Of a stretch of DNA of 64,000 nt, positions 59,661 to 64,000 are shown one piece after another (position 1 is the stretch's first letter; every line of letters starts with the position of its first letter). This DNA comes from an uncultured Methanosarcinaceae archaeon. GTDB lineage: Archaea > Halobacteriota > Methanosarcinia > Methanosarcinales > Methanosarcinaceae. The stretch is taken from contig CAWHXP010000008.1 of NCBI GenBank assembly GCA_963833425.1, forward strand, positions 436,578 to 500,577, written 5' to 3'. The notes below the pieces were generated by a model. It saw only the letters and a list, made by a program, of their open reading frames with translations. It did not search any database and was not told where the DNA came from. The translations under genes were made by a program, and so were the position numbers.

Positions 59661-59838
59661 TCACAAGATCAGTACTACATAATTTCAATACTTATTAGTT
59701 AGAGTCATTAATATTTAGGACATATCCAAAAGATATATACCTAAGCAAATCTAAGTATAAATTAGCGGTTTCCCAACATTTTCAAGCAGACTTTCTATCA
59801 GGTTGCAGGCATCTTTCACCCGCAACTCACAAGATCAC
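59661..59838. repeat. Dispersed ~175-bp element, copy C
   Basis: TCACAAGATCAGTAC...CTTATTAGTTAGAGTCATTA...AAGCAGA...GTTGCAGG-N9-CCCGCAAC-TCACAAGATCA. Confidence 0.6.
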
Positions 59839-60040
59839 TTTAACATTTGATTGCAACAAATTGCTCATAGAAACTTTATGAACAATTTGTTGAAACCGGA
59901 GATCAAAAAAGCTGAATGTAGAACAATACACTTTGACTTTTAGTGCCTTAATCGAATCCAAATGAAGCATTTATTATATACTGGTTAAAAACGTGAAAAA
60001 GAAGCATTAATAACGTCTGAATATTTTTATAAAATTTTTA

Positions 60041-61294
60041 TTGGAATGTATGGGAAAATCTGAGAGTAAGGAAGAAGAAATAGTGTCTTTAAGTTCTAAA
60101 GCATCTATCATTGAGAAAGTAAGGGAATTAATAAGATCATCATCCTTAAAATTCAGAGCTCTAAAGTTTGTCCTGCTGATCGGGGCGATGAGCTTTTTTG
60201 CAGACTTCGTGTACGAAGGTTCGCGAGGAATAATAGGTCCTTATCTTGCATTTCTTGGAGCAAGTGCGTTTACAGTTGCCGTTGTTACCGGATTTGGCGA
60301 ATTTGTCGGGTATGCTTGGCGCCTTGTTTCTGGGAGCCTTAGCGATAAGACTGGTCAATTTTGGGTTATTACAATCTGTGGTTATGTTATCCAGATGGCT
60401 TCAGTACCGTTGCTTGCTTTGGTGGGGAGCTGGCAGATGGCAGCCGTGCTCATTATTCTGGAGCGATTTGGGCGGGCGACTCGTAACCCACCACGTGATG
60501 TTATGCTTTCTTATGCTGCCCAAGAGATGGGAGGATATGGCTGGGCCTTTGGCGTGCATGAAGCGCTTGACCAATTCGGAGCATTATTCGGTCCGCTTGC
60601 TGCAGCTGGTATTCTTGCCTGGCGCGGTGACTACAGGTTCGCTTTTGCCGTATTACTTATTCCAGCTCTCGTCATGATCTCTCTCCTAGCTGTTGCACGA
60701 TTAACTTATCCCCATCCAGAAGAGATGAATGATATTCCCCCCAATTTAGAAGCAAAGGGCCTCCCGAATGTTTTTTGGCTTTATCTTTCGGGAGCTATCT
60801 TCGTTGCTATTGGATTTGCAGATTTTCCTTTTATGGCGTATCACTTAGAAAAGATGTCTATAGTCTCCACTTCAATGATTCCAATCTTCTACGCAGTGGC
60901 GATGGGCATGAGCGGATTGGGCTCTCTACTGTTTGGACGCCTCTTTGATAGTGTTGGCGTTATCATCTTAGTTCCCCTAACAGTCCTCTCTGCCCTGTTT
61001 GCTCCATTAGTGTTTTTTGGAGGCTTCTGGCCAGCACTTATCGGAATTGCACTATGGGGGCTGGGCATGGGAGTTCATGAATCGATTATTCCTGCCGCAG
61101 TAGCCCTGATGGTGCCAGTTCAACGACGTGCTTCAGCGTATGGTCTATTCACGGCGAGCTATGGAATCTTCTGGTTTCTGGGAAGCGCAGTGATTGGTAG
61201 CCTCTATAGCGTATCGCTGCCATTGTTAATCGTTTTCTGCCTGGTTACAGAATTTGCCTCCATCCCACTGTTTTTCCTAGTAAAACAGCGATAA
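60041..61294 (+). CDS. MFS transporter
   Basis: About 12 hydrophobic segments; GSLSDKTG and GRLFDSVG motif-A copies; ERFGRATRNPPRD. Confidence 0.93.
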   Translation: MECMGKSESKEEEIVSLSSKASIIEKVRELIRSSSLKFRALKFVLLIGAMSFFADFVYEGSRGIIGPYLAFLGASAFTVAVVTGFGEFVGYAWRLVSGSLSDKTGQFWVITICGYVIQMASVPLLALVGSWQMAAVLIILERFGRATRNPPRDVMLSYAAQEMGGYGWAFGVHEALDQFGALFGPLAAAGILAWRGDYRFAFAVLLIPALVMISLLAVARLTYPHPEEMNDIPPNLEAKGLPNVFWLYLSGAIFVAIGFADFPFMAYHLEKMSIVSTSMIPIFYAVAMGMSGLGSLLFGRLFDSVGVIILVPLTVLSALFAPLVFFGGFWPALIGIALWGLGMGVHESIIPAAVALMVPVQRRASAYGLFTASYGIFWFLGSAVIGSLYSVSLPLLIVFCLVTEFASIPLFFLVKQR

Positions 61295-62910
61295 ACCACA
61301 ACTCACGAGTTTGACAATGGGATGATAAAATGGATCAAATTACGCATATGTTAATCGAAGTGAAAAACAGCAACATATACAAAGTTATCCAAATCTCACT
61401 AGTTCTGGTGAGACTACATACACTTGATTTTCTATCCAAATCGCGCAGGTCCGATGTTCGTTTTCTATGCTTTCCTGCCCAAAAATCTGATATACATCCA
61501 AAAATATTCTGACCTGAGCTGGAAGTTTTTTCATTTGAGCGATTCCTAAGCCATTGTCAGTAATGGAGTCGCAGGAATCCAACGAACGATCACGCCCGTG
61601 TTGAGCGCATGGCAATTGATACAGTAAAAATCCTACCGATTCCCGTTACCGGATCTACGGCTCCATAGACGAAAAAATATGAGACAAGGATCTCGGCTAT
61701 GATCACTGCTGCAGGTAAAAGAGTGCTCTCAAATCCGAAGGACAGTTCGAATAATATTACTATAGGTCCGGTTTTAGATAGGGCTGATATGCTCTCACCA
61801 TGTTTGCACTAGTAGAGTTTCTCTTGATATATATAAAATAGTTACATAAATATGCTGAAGGAAGCAAAGTAATAATATTTCCTCTAGAAATAAGTTTATT
61901 TGAATTTATTATGTACTTCTTATTAATTGTTAAATTTATATAATGTTGGTGCACCTACCATTATTAACACGTAATATGTAGACGTAATGCTCTCCTAAGA
62001 TAATGAAAGTTGAATTTATTGGTCATCTGTTAGAGAATTTTATTATCTTCATGCTTTTGATTTGGGCCAAGAAAATAGTCCAAGATTCGAGGATTAACTC
62101 TAAAATCAGCAATCTACTCCAATTTCACAGCAATGAATACAATGGAGAATTTTTGCGAAATCATTGCGATAGATGTTATTCTTGACATACGCATATCTCT
62201 CGGAACTCATTTCCTTTTCAGTAAAAGTCTTTGAAAAAGGAGGTTCCTACAAGGCTATGGTCTGATGGGAATTATTCTGCAGGTATAGTTGCAATTCTGC
62301 AGCTCGAAACCAAAGTCTTTAAAGCTTGCTCTATAAATTGTAGAAAGTAGTTCCACAGATATTTTTCCGTCAACACAATTGACTCTATTGGGGCTTGCAC
62401 ACTTGAAGTACAAAATTAACCGCAATAGGACATCGTGGTCAAATTCACCATCTAGGCAATCGAATTTTAGTGTCACTGATCGTGTATCTCAAGTGCATAA
62501 ATCCGATCTCTATCTTAGATTTGGTTCTCTGCTGTTTTTTGTGGGTTGAAAATAATTATCCAGTTGAAAAATAATTATATAAATAAATTAACATCTATAA
62601 AAAAGAGACTCCCCCAGAGAACTATTTAAAAATATCACATATATGTGTCACATTTAGAAAGTGATTTTAAATTACCCACTAGAAATAGTGAAGCGCTTTA
62701 TATTTCTTAATCCGATACTAGAAATCACCTTTTTCTGGTATAACTAAGTTAGGTGGTTTATGTGATAATTATTTTCCTTATTTTGCTTACACTGCATGTG
62801 GTAGATTATTGATTGATCATCAGGCTTTCTGTCGAAAAGTTAGAGCATGGTTAGACCAATTATATCATGAGCGTTCCAAAAGAGCTGTAGGTGATTTTTA
62901 AGAAGACTTT

Positions 62911-64000
62911 CTATTCAGAGGGTTTTTCAAAAAGGGCAGGATACTTACTCTTTAGGGTTTTGAGGATCTCGTTGTCTAATTCAATGTTGTAAAGTGTTTT
63001 CACTTTAGAAAACTGATCAATTGAAAGATCCTTAGCCCCTTTAAGTTTAGTTCCCTTTATTTTAGCCTCTTTAAATTTTGCTCTCTTTAATTTAGCTCCT
63101 TCAAAGTTAGCTCCTTCAAGGTTTGCTCCTTCAAGGTTAGCTCCTTCAAGGTTTGCTCCTTCAAGGTTTGCTCCTTCAAGGTTAGCCCCTTGAAGTTTAG
63201 CCTTCATGAAGTTAGATCCTTGGAGATTAGTCCCTTTAAGGTTAGCGCATTTGAGGTTAGCCTTTAAAAGGTTAGCCCCTTCAAGGTTAGCCCCTTCAAA
63301 ATTAGTATTTTTAAAGTTAGCTCCTTCAAGGTTAGCTCTTTCAAAGTTAGTCTCTCTAAGGTTAGCCTCTTTAAGTTTGGCCCCTTCGAGTTGAACCATT
63401 TTAAGATTAGCTCCTTTAAGGTTAGCTTTTCTAAGATTAGATCCTCGAAGATTAGATCCTTAAGGTTTGCTCCTTGAAGGTTAACTTCTCTGAGACTAGC
63501 TTCTTGAAGATTAGCTCCTTGAAGGTTAGCTCCTTGAAAGTTAGCCTTTTCGAGGTCAACCCTTTGGATGTTAGTTTCTTTAAGATTAGAATTCTCAAGG
63601 TTAGCTTTTCCAAGGTCAGCTCCTTTGAAGTTAGCTCCTATAACGTTAACTCCTCTAAGGATAGCGTTTTCAAGGTTAGTTTCTATAAAATCAGCTCCTT
63701 GGAGATTAGCTTCTTGGAGATTAGCTTTTTCAAGGTCAGCTCCATAGAAATAAGCCCCTTCAAGGTTAGCTCCTTCAAGGTTAGCTCTATAAAGGTTAGC
63801 CATTTGAAGTTTAGTTTTCATAAGTCTAACTTTTTCAAAGTTAACTTCTTTAAGATCGGCTCCATAAAAGTTAGATTCTTCTAGGTTAGCTCCTTGAAAG
63901 TTAGCTTTTTCAAGGTTAGTTCCTTTAAGTTTAGCTCCTTCAAGGTTAGCTCCTTTGAAGTTTAGCTTCTATAAGGTTAGCTCCTTGAAGGTTAGCTTCT
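62911..64000 (-). pseudogene. Pentapeptide-repeat protein, 3' part (5' end beyond the window), with two frameshifts
   Basis: Continuous A(N/D)LxG repeats; 1-nt indels in short A runs near 63460 and 63955; C-terminal cap [13 protein letters not shown]. Confidence 0.88.

Overview
AT-rich archaeal DNA, very likely Methanosarcina/Methanosarcinaceae: it carries mer, an fpoF relic, an atwA relic, archaeal-type pheT, nadM and apgM, and YVTN/PKD/NosD-type surface proteins. The intact genes are a stress/redox cluster (USP, MBL-rhodanese, SOD, Hsp20, NfnAB/SudAB), glnK, apgM, nadM, mer, pheT, an M24 peptidase, a nucleoside deaminase, a secreted NlpC/P60 protein, a PKD protein, an MFS transporter and tRNA-Gln(CTG). 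They sit in a heavily decayed background of roughly 20 pseudogenes or gene relics (including gap, amtB, fpoF and a korA fragment). Mobile DNA includes three near-full IS5-family copies sharing the same inactivating lesions, older IS5/IS200/IS1634-like relics and two MITE families. Non-coding structure that the genes do not explain: (i) a perfect 66-bp inverted repeat just downstream of the tRNA, (ii) a ~42-bp promoter-like motif present 7 times, mostly ahead of small, secreted or stress-type genes, (iii) a ~175-bp dispersed element (3 copies) with a palindrome showing a compensatory change, (iv) a 2x100-bp tandem repeat full of palindromes and (v) a long hairpin upstream of hsp20. No CRISPR array or intact defence system was found. 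All family calls come from manual motif recognition, not database searches, and relic coordinates are approximate.
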